Shown here one piece after another: positions 51,482 through 60,953 of a stretch of DNA of 64,000 nucleotides. Made by a program: the position numbers and the translations under genes. Position 1 is the stretch's first letter; each line of letters starts with the position of its first letter. The DNA comes from Roseibacillus sp. (lineage in GTDB: Bacteria; Verrucomicrobiota; Verrucomicrobiia; Verrucomicrobiales; Akkermansiaceae), in NCBI GenBank assembly GCA_051251855.1, contig JBPOGI010000008.1:1-64000 (forward strand), written 5' to 3'. Below the pieces are notes generated by a model. The model was not told the DNA's origin and did not search any database. It worked only from the letters and a program-made list of their open reading frames with translations.

Positions 51482-53422
51482 ATGAAACACGTTCTCCTCA
51501 CCATCATCTTCCTGAGCACTCTTTGCCAAGCCGATCCCGTTGAAGAATTCTCCCGCCAACCCTATATTCAGCTCGCTACCCATGATTCTATTCGGGTGCT
51601 CTGGAGGACGCGCAACGCCATTGCTCCTCAGGTTCACTTTGGTTTGAACTTTGAGAATCTCAATCAAACCGTCCCCTCCAAGAACGTCCTCACCCGCGAA
51701 CATCCTTCTCTCGAGTCCAAGAACCCCCTCTTTGAAGACTGCCCCGTCGACACTCGCCAATTCGAAGCCACCCTTTCCGGCCTGCAACCAGACACCATCT
51801 ACTACTACGCTATCTATGATGGTAAAAAACGGCTTACCCCAGTCGACCGGTCATACAGCTTTAAAACCCACCCCATCCCCGGAACAGAGGCTCCCCTTCT
51901 TTTTTCAGTCATTGGCGACTCTGGCACCGGCGGAAAAGAACAAGCCGCCGTGCACAGTGCGATGGTCAAGCACACCGAGAAAACGCAACGCCCCCTCGAC
52001 CTTTTTCTCCACGTCGGAGACATGGCCTACGGCTCAGGAACCAACAAGGAATTCAGCGACCGCTTCTTCGACATGTATGCCCCCACTCTTCGCCACACCG
52101 TGTGCTGGGCTTCCATGGGCAACCACGAAGGAAAGACCTCCAAAGGCTCCACCGGCACCGGCCCTTTCTATGATGCCTACATCAACCCCACCAAGGGAGA
52201 AGCGGGCGGCCTGCCTTCCGGTCGCGAAGCCTTCTACTCCTTCGACTACGGCCAGACCCACTTCATCTGCCTCGACTCCCACGACCTCGACCGTCGCTCC
52301 ACGGGAGAAATGGCGCAATGGCTCAAAGCAGACCTCGAAAAAACAAACGCTAAATTTCTTATCAGCTTCTTCCACCATCCCCCCTATACCAAAGGATCCC
52401 ATGACTCGGACAAGGAAGAGCAACTCATCGAGATGCGCGAATACATTATGCCCATTCTCGAAAGCGGAGGCGTCGACCTCGTCTTCACCGGGCACTCTCA
52501 TATCTACGAGCGCTCTATGCTCATCGACGGCGCCTATCAAACCCCCTCGGTGGCTCAAGGAGTCGTTCTCGACGACGGTGATGGCGACCCCGCGGGCGAC
52601 GGTTCCTACCGCAAAAGCGAAGGACTGCAGCCGCACAACGGCCACGTCTCTATCGTCGCTGGTAACGGCGGCACAGGGCTCAAGCGTAAGGGCACCCATC
52701 CCCTCATGCGTCGCATCATTCTCGAACACGGCTGCTGCCTCATCACCATCGAGGGCGACACCATCTTAGCTGAAATGCTGAATACCAAGGGCGAGATCAG
52801 CGATACCTTTACCATCGAAAAACGAGGCACCGTGACCCACACCATCGTCGAATCCCCTTGGGAGCATGAAGATTGGACCCCTCCAATCAAAGGAGGCAAA
52901 GCGGCTCCCCGCAACGTTACCACCTTGATCGACAAAGGGGCCTCCTGGTCGTATCTCGGAGGTTCCCACCCACCAGGCTCCCCCACTGCGTGGGCCGCTC
53001 CTAACTTTGATGACTCGGACTGGCCAACTGGCGAAGCAGGCTTTGGCTACGGAGATCAGGACGACAAGACCGTCCTCGAGATGCGCAACAAATACACCAC
53101 CCTTTACCTCCGCAGAGAATTCGAACTCCCCGAAGGACCCAATCTCAAAAATCTCGGCCTTCACATTTCCTATGACGACGCCTTCATCGCCTACCTCAAC
53201 GGACACGAAGTTCTGCGACAAGGAGTCGACCACGAACAAGGAGCACAAGCGGAAGGGTTCACCATGCACGAGGCTAATCAGACCTTCGAATACTTTCCTC
53301 TCACGGGAGTGTCCCGCATCCTCAAGCCCGGTCAAAAGAACGTCCTCGCTATCGAAGGCCACAATGCCAACCTCAAGAGCTCCGACTTCACGCTGCACCC
53401 TCGCCTCCTCTTAAGGAAATGA
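51482..53422 (+). CDS. Secreted purple-acid-phosphatase-like metallophosphoesterase with C-terminal beta-sandwich module
   Basis: GDSG, GDMAY, GNHE, HHPPY and GHSH motifs. Confidence 0.9.
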   Translation: MKHVLLTIIFLSTLCQADPVEEFSRQPYIQLATHDSIRVLWRTRNAIAPQVHFGLNFENLNQTVPSKNVLTREHPSLESKNPLFEDCPVDTRQFEATLSGLQPDTIYYYAIYDGKKRLTPVDRSYSFKTHPIPGTEAPLLFSVIGDSGTGGKEQAAVHSAMVKHTEKTQRPLDLFLHVGDMAYGSGTNKEFSDRFFDMYAPTLRHTVCWASMGNHEGKTSKGSTGTGPFYDAYINPTKGEAGGLPSGREAFYSFDYGQTHFICLDSHDLDRRSTGEMAQWLKADLEKTNAKFLISFFHHPPYTKGSHDSDKEEQLIEMREYIMPILESGGVDLVFTGHSHIYERSMLIDGAYQTPSVAQGVVLDDGDGDPAGDGSYRKSEGLQPHNGHVSIVAGNGGTGLKRKGTHPLMRRIILEHGCCLITIEGDTILAEMLNTKGEISDTFTIEKRGTVTHTIVESPWEHEDWTPPIKGGKAAPRNVTTLIDKGASWSYLGGSHPPGSPTAWAAPNFDDSDWPTGEAGFGYGDQDDKTVLEMRNKYTTLYLRREFELPEGPNLKNLGLHISYDDAFIAYLNGHEVLRQGVDHEQGAQAEGFTMHEANQTFEYFPLTGVSRILKPGQKNVLAIEGHNANLKSSDFTLHPRLLLRK

Positions 53423-54333
53423 AACGGCCCCTCCTCTTAGCTTTCTCACTCTGCCTCGGCTCCGCCCAACCTTCGCTGGCCCACAGCAACCTCTCTGAAC
53501 TCATCCAAGAACTCAGCAAGGAAATCAAAAGCGCACCCACTGCCGACCTTCACTATCGCCGCGCCACCGAATACCGGGCCCTCGGCGAAAGAACGCACAC
53601 TCTCGAAGACCTCCGCTCCGCCCTCCACCTAGCTCCCGGACACCGTCTAGCCACCATCGCCCTCATTAAAGAACTCGGCCACAGCGACGAAGCCCTCACC
53701 CTCGCCCAAGAGCTTGCCAAAACCGCCCAGCCCCCCGCCCAAGCTGCTGAAACCAAATTCCTTCTCGCCCGCATTCATCACCTGCGTGGCAAGCAAGAGG
53801 CAGCGCTCCAAATTTGCGAGGAAGTCCAAGAGACTCATCCCGAGCACGATTCCAACATCGACCGTCTCCACGCCCAAATCCTGCTCGACCTCAAGCGACC
53901 AGATGAAGCGGCTACCATCCTTAAAATCTCGTGGCAACGCACCAAATCCATCGTCATTCGCAATACTTGGATCGACACTGCTCTTACCGCCGAGCAAACC
54001 GACGAAGTTTTCCCCCTCATTCAAAATGAGCTCACTTCCTCCCGCTACCAGTCCTCCTGGCTCATCCGCCGCGCACGCGCCCAACTCACGCTCGGTAAAT
54101 ACGATTCAGCCCGCGCCGACCTCCAAGCAGCACTGGCCGAAATCAGCACGCGTCTTAACCCTTCGCGTCCCGACCTCACCCTCATCGCCGATCGCGGCCT
54201 CATCCACTCGCTCTTAGGGAATCCCACTCTCGCCCAAAGAGACCTCACCACCCTCCAAAGCTCTTCCCTCCCCCCCGACTCCTACCGCCTTCTCAGAGAC
54301 AGCATTGCAGGCCGAGTTCCTAAAATGCCTTAG
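53419..54333 (+). CDS. Secreted TPR-like protein
   Basis: Signal peptide; TPR-like helices; ATGA overlap with the phosphoesterase gene. Confidence 0.8.
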   Translation: MKRPLLLAFSLCLGSAQPSLAHSNLSELIQELSKEIKSAPTADLHYRRATEYRALGERTHTLEDLRSALHLAPGHRLATIALIKELGHSDEALTLAQELAKTAQPPAQAAETKFLLARIHHLRGKQEAALQICEEVQETHPEHDSNIDRLHAQILLDLKRPDEAATILKISWQRTKSIVIRNTWIDTALTAEQTDEVFPLIQNELTSSRYQSSWLIRRARAQLTLGKYDSARADLQAALAEISTRLNPSRPDLTLIADRGLIHSLLGNPTLAQRDLTTLQSSSLPPDSYRLLRDSIAGRVPKMP

Positions 54334-54445
54334 CTAGAAAAACCCAAAATCTGAAGTAGAGATTCACCCCAAGCACAAGCCCCATCACCACGCAGGCGCC
54401 CAAAACCTCCCAACGATTTCTGACATCCTCGCTATCAGCATCGGC
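54334..54445 (-). pseudogene. Degenerate duplicate of the 3' end of the SSS symporter gene
   Basis: Reads ADADSEDVRNRWEVLGACVVMGLVLGVNLYFRFWVF versus SAADKEDIRNSWNRWDVLGTCVVMGLVLGMYLYFSFWLR at 56218-56340. Confidence 0.9.
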
Positions 54446-54455
54446 TTCTTCGAAA

Positions 54456-56072
54456 TCAGTTAGAAAAAGAAACTTCGACGGTGCTAAAAATTTTGGGTGT
54501 CTCAGCAGTGTTCACCGGTTCATTGAGCGTTACTCGTTCCCACTCGGAGTCGATTGGCTCGACCATTTGAGTCGCCACTCCCTCCAGGGGCAGAAGGACA
54601 TCAAAGTTGACGAAGTTAGAAATCTTCGGAGTGTAGGTGAGGTTTCCTCCTATTCGTCGCAGATATTGTATCTGCCAGTAACTTTGGTCATTCAGCGTAA
54701 CGAGAGAGCTTCGTGGAAGCCCTGATATCCCGTTAGGACCTAAGGTGTGGCTGTCGGCACCAACAAGATTCATATTGAACGCGAATTTGAGAATGTTCTC
54801 GATTTTATCGTTATATGGAACCGCACTCGGGAAAGTCTCTTCTTCCAAAAGGCCAGCACTATAGACTGCAGAGGAATAGGGGGAGGTAGGGGTCGCGGCA
54901 AGCGTTACAGTTAAGGTATTCCAGTCGGAAGAGAGACTGCCAAAAGATTGGGCGTGCTCTGGTAAGACAAAGGCAGTTCTTTCTGCAGTAATATGGCTCA
55001 GGAAAGAGTCAGGGGTTGCGGAAGGGGCTTTCCCTTCGAAGTAAAAGCTTTCAAGGTTGTGGCAAAGCGCGAATGCCCTTCCTCCAATCGTGGTTATCGA
55101 GCTAGGAATGGAGACGCCAGTAAGACTATTGCACTGGTTAAAACAGGAGTATTCTAAGGAGGACATCCCGTTTCCAAGAGACAAATTAGCGAGGCTAGCA
55201 CAACCGGAAAACGCATGTGATTCGATGGAAGACACGGAATCGGGAATTGAGATATCAGTGAGACTGCTACATCCTTCAAAAGCGTATTCTTCGACCACTG
55301 AAAGTCCTTCAGGCAACGATATCGCAGTGAGACTGGAGCAGTTACGGAAGGCTGAATCTCCAATGGAGGTAATACTATTTCCTAGATCAACATTGCTCAG
55401 ACCTGTGCAGTCCTCAAAAGTGCCTTCCCTGAGAAGGGTTATCGAGTCTGGAATGGAAATACTGCTAAGACTACTACAACTGGCGAAAGAGTATTCTCCG
55501 ATAAAGGTCACGGTTTCCGGAATCGAAAGGGATGTTAGACTTGAGCACCTTTTGAATGCGTAGTTTCCAATACCAGACAAGGATTGAGAAAGTGTGACGT
55601 TGGTAAGACGAATACAATTCCGAAAAGCAAGGTCGCTAATACTCGTAATGTGATTGGGTAGAGTGATGCTAACGAGACCACTGCAATCGGAAAACGCTCC
55701 ATACGCGATGGATTTCAGTTTCGAACCAAAGGAAACGCTGGACAGACTGGTACAACCTGAAAAAGCGAAAGTGCCAACCCCTATGACCGTATTGGAAATG
55801 GAGATGCTGGTAAGATTGACGCAGTCAGAAAACGCATTTTCTTTAATGTAGTGAACTGGGAGGTCTTCGATTGTCTCAGGAATCGCCATAGCTCCTGCGG
55901 CGCTGGTGTCACAATCAGTAATCATAATAGAGATTCCTAGGTTGGTGTAAGACAGGTCGGAGAGGTCAGCTGCGGAACCGCGCTTTGAGGAGCCCAAGAC
56001 AAAAACAGCAATCGATATTAGGAGGGAAAACTTGAGGCCTTTGCAGTCCCTTCTTGCAGTAGGATTTATCAT
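54456..56072 (-). CDS. BspA-type leucine-rich-repeat surface protein
   Basis: About 11 repeats of LTSIxIPxSVxxIGxxAFxxCxx (23 aa); signal peptide. Confidence 0.92.
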   Translation of the reverse strand: MINPTARRDCKGLKFSLLISIAVFVLGSSKRGSAADLSDLSYTNLGISIMITDCDTSAAGAMAIPETIEDLPVHYIKENAFSDCVNLTSISISNTVIGVGTFAFSGCTSLSSVSFGSKLKSIAYGAFSDCSGLVSITLPNHITSISDLAFRNCIRLTNVTLSQSLSGIGNYAFKRCSSLTSLSIPETVTFIGEYSFASCSSLSSISIPDSITLLREGTFEDCTGLSNVDLGNSITSIGDSAFRNCSSLTAISLPEGLSVVEEYAFEGCSSLTDISIPDSVSSIESHAFSGCASLANLSLGNGMSSLEYSCFNQCNSLTGVSIPSSITTIGGRAFALCHNLESFYFEGKAPSATPDSFLSHITAERTAFVLPEHAQSFGSLSSDWNTLTVTLAATPTSPYSSAVYSAGLLEEETFPSAVPYNDKIENILKFAFNMNLVGADSHTLGPNGISGLPRSSLVTLNDQSYWQIQYLRRIGGNLTYTPKISNFVNFDVLLPLEGVATQMVEPIDSEWERVTLNEPVNTAETPKIFSTVEVSFSN

Positions 56073-56217
56073 ATTGATGAAGCAAACGAACAGAGATATT
56101 CTTATAGCCAGTAGAGAGGCTATGAAAGATTTTTAAGCAGTCGAAGGAAATCGAGTTTGCCTGCCTGAACATGGCCCCTTTTCAGTCCTTCCTTCTCGCA
56201 CTCAGAAGAGCACCCCC

Positions 56218-57912
56218 CTACCTCAGCCAAAAGCTAAAGTAGAGATACATCCCGAGCACCAGCCCCATCACCACGCAGGTGCCCAAAACGTCCCAACGAT
56301 TCCAGCTGTTCCGGATATCTTCTTTATCGGCAGCCGACAGACCTTGCCAAGTGAGACCACGCGTCTTCTCCTCCGTGGGAGCGTCTGTGAGAAGAGAAAG
56401 TCCCACGATGATGACCGTGCTAATCACCAGCAGCACACCCGAGTAGTAGAGGAAATTAAACTCCGCGATAAAGGCTAACGGTCCCGTGGTAATGCCCTTC
56501 TGAGAGGCAATCGCTTCAACCATCAGCTTCCCCATCCCCAGCACAAATCCAATTACGAGACCGTAGAAGGCTCCCGTAGCATTGATTCTTCGCCAAAAAA
56601 GACCCAGCAAGAAGACTGCGGTAATGGGAGGCGCGAGATAGCCCTGCACTGATTGCAAATACTTGTAGATGCCCCCTCCGGCCATCTGCTTCATGATGGG
56701 AATCCAAATCAATCCCGCCACTACCACCACTCCAGTCGCGACCCGTCCCACGGCCACATACTGACGCTCGGTCTTACCGGGTTTGAGTTTCTGATAGATA
56801 TCGATCGTAAAGAGAGTGGCACAGCTGTTGAAGAGTGACGCCAACGAACTCATCAGCGCCGACATTAAGCCAGCCACCACGAGACCCCGCAGTCCCACTG
56901 GCAACAAGGTCGAAACCATAGTAGCAAACACCTGATCGCCATCCAGCTCATCGCTGCCCGTCTTCGAAGGAATAGAAATCGCGCCCTGATTGTGCAAGGC
57001 CATCCCGATGATACCCGGAACGAGAAAAATCAGTACGGGCCAGACCTTCAAAAACCCACCCCAAATCGCGCCACGACGGGCCTCGGTCAAACTCTTGGCC
57101 GCCAGCGTTCGTTGCACGATGTATTGATCGGTGCACCAATACCAAATTCCAATCACCGGCGACGCAATCAAGATCCCCAACCACGGAAAGTCATCATTCT
57201 TCCACCACGGCACTCCCGGTTGCGAGAGCGGTCGCCAGAGTTCGAAATTCATTTCACTATTGATGGCCGCCGCTTTCAGCTCCCCCCAGCCACCGAGCTT
57301 CTCCAAACCAAAAAGAGTGATTAACAAAGACCCTACCAAAAGAACCACCGTCTGAGCCACCTCCGTGTAGAGCACCGCACGCAGACCACCAAAGACAGTA
57401 TAAATCCCCGTCAAAACCACCGTCACAATAGCACCCACCCAAAAGGCATTATCCGGTGAACCGAAGGTATCGGGAAGGAGCGTCCGGAAAACAAGCGCCC
57501 CCGCATAAACGGTCACCGAAACTTTGGTGAAGACATAGGCTACCAAGCTCACAACCGAAAGAACCCAACGAACCCGCGCATTGAAACGCCGCTCCAAAAA
57601 CTCCGGCATCGTGTAGACTCCACTCTTGTAATAGAATGGCACAAAGACCCACCCCAACAACACCATCACCCAGGCATGAAGCTCCCAATGAGCCATCGCC
57701 ATCCCACCCGAAGCCCCACTCCCCGCCAGCCCCACGATGTGCTCGGAGCCAATATTGGAGGCAAACAAAGAAGCTCCCACCACAAACCAAGAAGCATGAC
57801 GCCCCGCGAGAAAATAATCTTCCGTCGTCTTCTGCTTTCCCGCAGACCACTTCACAATCCCCACCAGCCCAGCAAAATAGGCCGCCACTAAAATCCAATC
57901 GAGAACTTGCAT
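56218..57912 (-). CDS. Sodium:solute symporter (SGLT-like)
   Basis: YFLAGR, ASNIGSEHIVGLAG, WYWCTDQYIVQR and ALMSSL motifs. Confidence 0.95.
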   Translation of the reverse strand: MQVLDWILVAAYFAGLVGIVKWSAGKQKTTEDYFLAGRHASWFVVGASLFASNIGSEHIVGLAGSGASGGMAMAHWELHAWVMVLLGWVFVPFYYKSGVYTMPEFLERRFNARVRWVLSVVSLVAYVFTKVSVTVYAGALVFRTLLPDTFGSPDNAFWVGAIVTVVLTGIYTVFGGLRAVLYTEVAQTVVLLVGSLLITLFGLEKLGGWGELKAAAINSEMNFELWRPLSQPGVPWWKNDDFPWLGILIASPVIGIWYWCTDQYIVQRTLAAKSLTEARRGAIWGGFLKVWPVLIFLVPGIIGMALHNQGAISIPSKTGSDELDGDQVFATMVSTLLPVGLRGLVVAGLMSALMSSLASLFNSCATLFTIDIYQKLKPGKTERQYVAVGRVATGVVVVAGLIWIPIMKQMAGGGIYKYLQSVQGYLAPPITAVFLLGLFWRRINATGAFYGLVIGFVLGMGKLMVEAIASQKGITTGPLAFIAEFNFLYYSGVLLVISTVIIVGLSLLTDAPTEEKTRGLTWQGLSAADKEDIRNSWNRWDVLGTCVVMGLVLGMYLYFSFWLR

Positions 57913-58071
57913 AAGTTTGGCCGCCCATTGTTTCTCAACAAAAGGAATCCGCAAGAACTTCGCTCCCTAAAGATCGAGAGAAAAAACGCTCGCGTGTAAG
58001 AAGCCCTTTGACTTATTTCAGCATCAATGCTCTTGAAGACTAACGCATTCCATTTATCCTAAGCTGGACAA

Positions 58072-59595
58072 ATGAGAGTGAGTTTGATGACAACCCTCCT
58101 GCTATTTGGCGCGCTCGAAGCTGCAGATATCAGTAACTTGACATGGAGGCTTCAAGGCTCGGAAATCGAAATCACCGATTGCGACCCAGATGCTATCGGT
58201 GATTTAGTCATCCCTCCCACAATTAACAATTTCCCAGTCACGGAAATTGGTTACGGAGCATTTAGGAGTTGTGACTCCCTTACATCTATCACCTTGCCCT
58301 CCGGCATAGAAGACATAGGATCCACCGCATTTGTAGATTGTTTGAATCTCACCGACATCCACATCGAGTCAGGAAGCCAATCCTATACTTCAATAGACGG
58401 CGTGGTATTTAACTCTGTGCAAACACGCCTGGTAGCGTTCCCATCTGGGAAGACAGCCTTAAACTACCTCATACCCCAAGGCGTCACAACTATTGGCGAT
58501 TACTCTTTTAGCTACAGCAACAGTTTGGCTGCAGTGACCCTCCCCGACACCGTGACAGTGATCGAGCCCGATGCCTTTGGGAATTCGGCTCTACTTACTG
58601 CTAATCTCTCTCCAAATCTGAATCTGATCGGATACCGTGCATTCGCTAATTGTTTAAATCTCGAAAATTTGTCTCTCCCAGACAGCCTCTCTTCTCTCGA
58701 ATACCAAGCGTTTTCAGGATGCGATCAGTTAATCAACGTAACAATTCCAGCGAACACGACGAGCATCAGCTACGGAGTCTTCAGAACCTGCAACAGGCTT
58801 AAGTCTATTCAAGTAGCGGCTGCAAATACCAATTACAGCTCTATTGACGGCGTCTTGTTCAACCAGTCTCTCAACACTCTCGTCCAATTTCCGGCTGGAA
58901 AATTGGCCAGCTACTATCAAATACCCAATGGAACCCAATCCATTGCTAGGCAGGCCTTTCAAAACAGCGATCTCCTCGAAGCGATCGAACTCCCGGATAG
59001 CTTAATTGAAATCGAACGAGATGCATTCGCGCATTGCAGTGGCCTTTATGAAGTCATTTTTCCTAAAAGCCTCACCTCTATAGGCTCACTGTCTTTTGAG
59101 AGATGCGAAAACCTGTTCCGAGTCGTCATTTCTGCCTCCGTTGAAGAAATCGAATTTGGAACGTTTAGAAGTTGCGAAAACTTAGCTCAAGTTGTCTTTG
59201 AAGGAGACCCACCCGAAAACATTGGAACCTTTCGCGCAATTTTCCCCTTTGGAGACACTGCTCCCAATGCCCGCGCCCTTGTGTTGCCCGAGTTCATCAA
59301 CTCCTTTGGCGGCATCGGCTCGGATTGGTTCGAGCTCACTGTCTCGGCTCGACAAGCCCCAAGTGCAGAAATTGAGATCACTCGTTCTGGATTCGTCAGC
59401 GCAGGAGTATTTTTCATCGAATTCTCCCCTGGTGGCATGGACTTCAAAATTATGCAGGATGAGAATCTGGCTTTCGAAAACGCAACTGAAGTGCCTCCAT
59501 TGAAAGAACCTTCGAGTTCGACTGGAAATCGTTTCGAATTTGAGGCTTGCGAAACACGCGGTTTCTTTCAAGTCGTTAAGATCCCAGATTCCTAA
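58072..59595 (+). CDS. BspA-type leucine-rich-repeat surface protein
   Basis: LRR_5-type repeats with YxSIDGVLFN..LVxFPxGK inserts; N-terminus similar to that of 54456-56072. Confidence 0.92.
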   Translation: MRVSLMTTLLLFGALEAADISNLTWRLQGSEIEITDCDPDAIGDLVIPPTINNFPVTEIGYGAFRSCDSLTSITLPSGIEDIGSTAFVDCLNLTDIHIESGSQSYTSIDGVVFNSVQTRLVAFPSGKTALNYLIPQGVTTIGDYSFSYSNSLAAVTLPDTVTVIEPDAFGNSALLTANLSPNLNLIGYRAFANCLNLENLSLPDSLSSLEYQAFSGCDQLINVTIPANTTSISYGVFRTCNRLKSIQVAAANTNYSSIDGVLFNQSLNTLVQFPAGKLASYYQIPNGTQSIARQAFQNSDLLEAIELPDSLIEIERDAFAHCSGLYEVIFPKSLTSIGSLSFERCENLFRVVISASVEEIEFGTFRSCENLAQVVFEGDPPENIGTFRAIFPFGDTAPNARALVLPEFINSFGGIGSDWFELTVSARQAPSAEIEITRSGFVSAGVFFIEFSPGGMDFKIMQDENLAFENATEVPPLKEPSSSTGNRFEFEACETRGFFQVVKIPDS

Positions 59596-59634
59596 GCAAC
59601 TTCTCCCGCTATACTAGAAGGTCGGTGAGCGAAG

Positions 59635-59979
59635 ATGTACACAAACTATTATAATGCTTCGCTGCATATTAAGAATGGAGCGAACAGAAACTATCGAGAT
59701 CGTGTAGGCTTCTTTGTGCTACTCGTTCTTGTCTTAATCTTTCTCGCCAATTTAGCTGCAGACGAAGCCATCATCCCCCGCGACGAAACCAAGCTGACCT
59801 CGCGTATCACCATCGCCTTCGGGTCCTGTATGTAACAGGCTCGGCCACTGGCTATCTTTGACACTACCGCCAAAGATGAGCCCGACCTTTCACTCTTCCT
59901 CAGGGATAACGTCTATGTCGACACGAACGACACGACCATTAACACCGATTCAAACCACTCTACGGGTCCGTTAAAGTAA
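59635..59979 (+). pseudogene. 5' remnant of an alkaline phosphatase D (PhoD)-family gene
   Basis: IAFGSCM*QARPLAIFDTTAKDEPDLSLFLRDNVYVD; in-frame TAA at 59833; truncated. Confidence 0.7.
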
Positions 59980-60004
59980 CTTTGAGAGGAAGCGCCATTC
60001 CTGT

Positions 60005-60946
60005 CTAATTAAGAGACGATTTTCGGAAAAACACCTTAATCGAAGCAAGAAGCAAGAGTTCGACCACTATCTGGATGGCACGCCAGAGAATAGCAGCGGT
60101 CGCCACTTCAGCACCGATACCCAGCGGTTCAAAAACAAGATAAAGAACGCCCTCACGAACCCCCATCCCCCCCGGCGCACCAAACGCCAGGAAGCCGACA
60201 ATCCACGCTAAGCCGTAGCTCCCTGCTGCATCCATCAAAGTTGGCAGAGGCTCCACTCCGGTGGCCTGCAAGCACAGGAGAAAACCCGCACCATAGAAGA
60301 TGGAAAGAACAAGATACTCAGCAAAAGCACGCAGTGTGATTCGCCATTGCAACAGGCCGTTCAGAAGCTCTCGCGACGCGTTTAAGACTCTAGAACGCAC
60401 TCCAAGGACATCGAATGACAATACGACGATTGAAATCACGAAACATCCTCCTATGGCTATTAAGAACCCCGTGGGAGGAATTTGAAAACGCTCTAAGTAA
60501 ATAAGGCCCGCTGCGCGGAGTTGAGGAGAACAAAGAGTACCCACCACTCCCAAGGTGGCCCATGCCGCGACCGTAATGGCGAGTTCAACCGCCAAACTCA
60601 AAGCAGCAGGTCCCTTGGCTGCACCAACCTGCTTGGCCTCCACTACACGAGAGGCATAGCCCCAAATACCACCAGGCAGCCATCGCATCGATTCGCATTC
60701 AATCCAGAGTCGTGCCGCCCTCCAGCGAGAGACCTTAACCCCCACAAGACGAAGAATCAGTCCCCAAACCGATGCATTGAGACAAAGGTAGACCGCAGCA
60801 AGAAGAGCAGCCCCTAACAAAAGTAGATGGTCTGCATTGGCGAGAGCCTCCCCCAATTGCGCACGCAACGCCCAAAGACCCCACCCCATAAAGGCGAGCA
60901 CCGCGAAAAAGCAAAGCGGTTTGACGCGATTAAGAAAGCCTTTCAT
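60005..60946 (-). CDS. Lysylphosphatidylglycerol-synthase-TM/flippase-like membrane protein
   Basis: RWLPGGIW and APGGMGVRE motifs; multiple TM segments. Confidence 0.8.
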   Translation of the reverse strand: MKGFLNRVKPLCFFAVLAFMGWGLWALRAQLGEALANADHLLLLGAALLAAVYLCLNASVWGLILRLVGVKVSRWRAARLWIECESMRWLPGGIWGYASRVVEAKQVGAAKGPAALSLAVELAITVAAWATLGVVGTLCSPQLRAAGLIYLERFQIPPTGFLIAIGGCFVISIVVLSFDVLGVRSRVLNASRELLNGLLQWRITLRAFAEYLVLSIFYGAGFLLCLQATGVEPLPTLMDAAGSYGLAWIVGFLAFGAPGGMGVREGVLYLVFEPLGIGAEVATAAILWRAIQIVVELLLLASIKVFFRKSSLN

Positions 60947-60953
60947 CAGCCGC

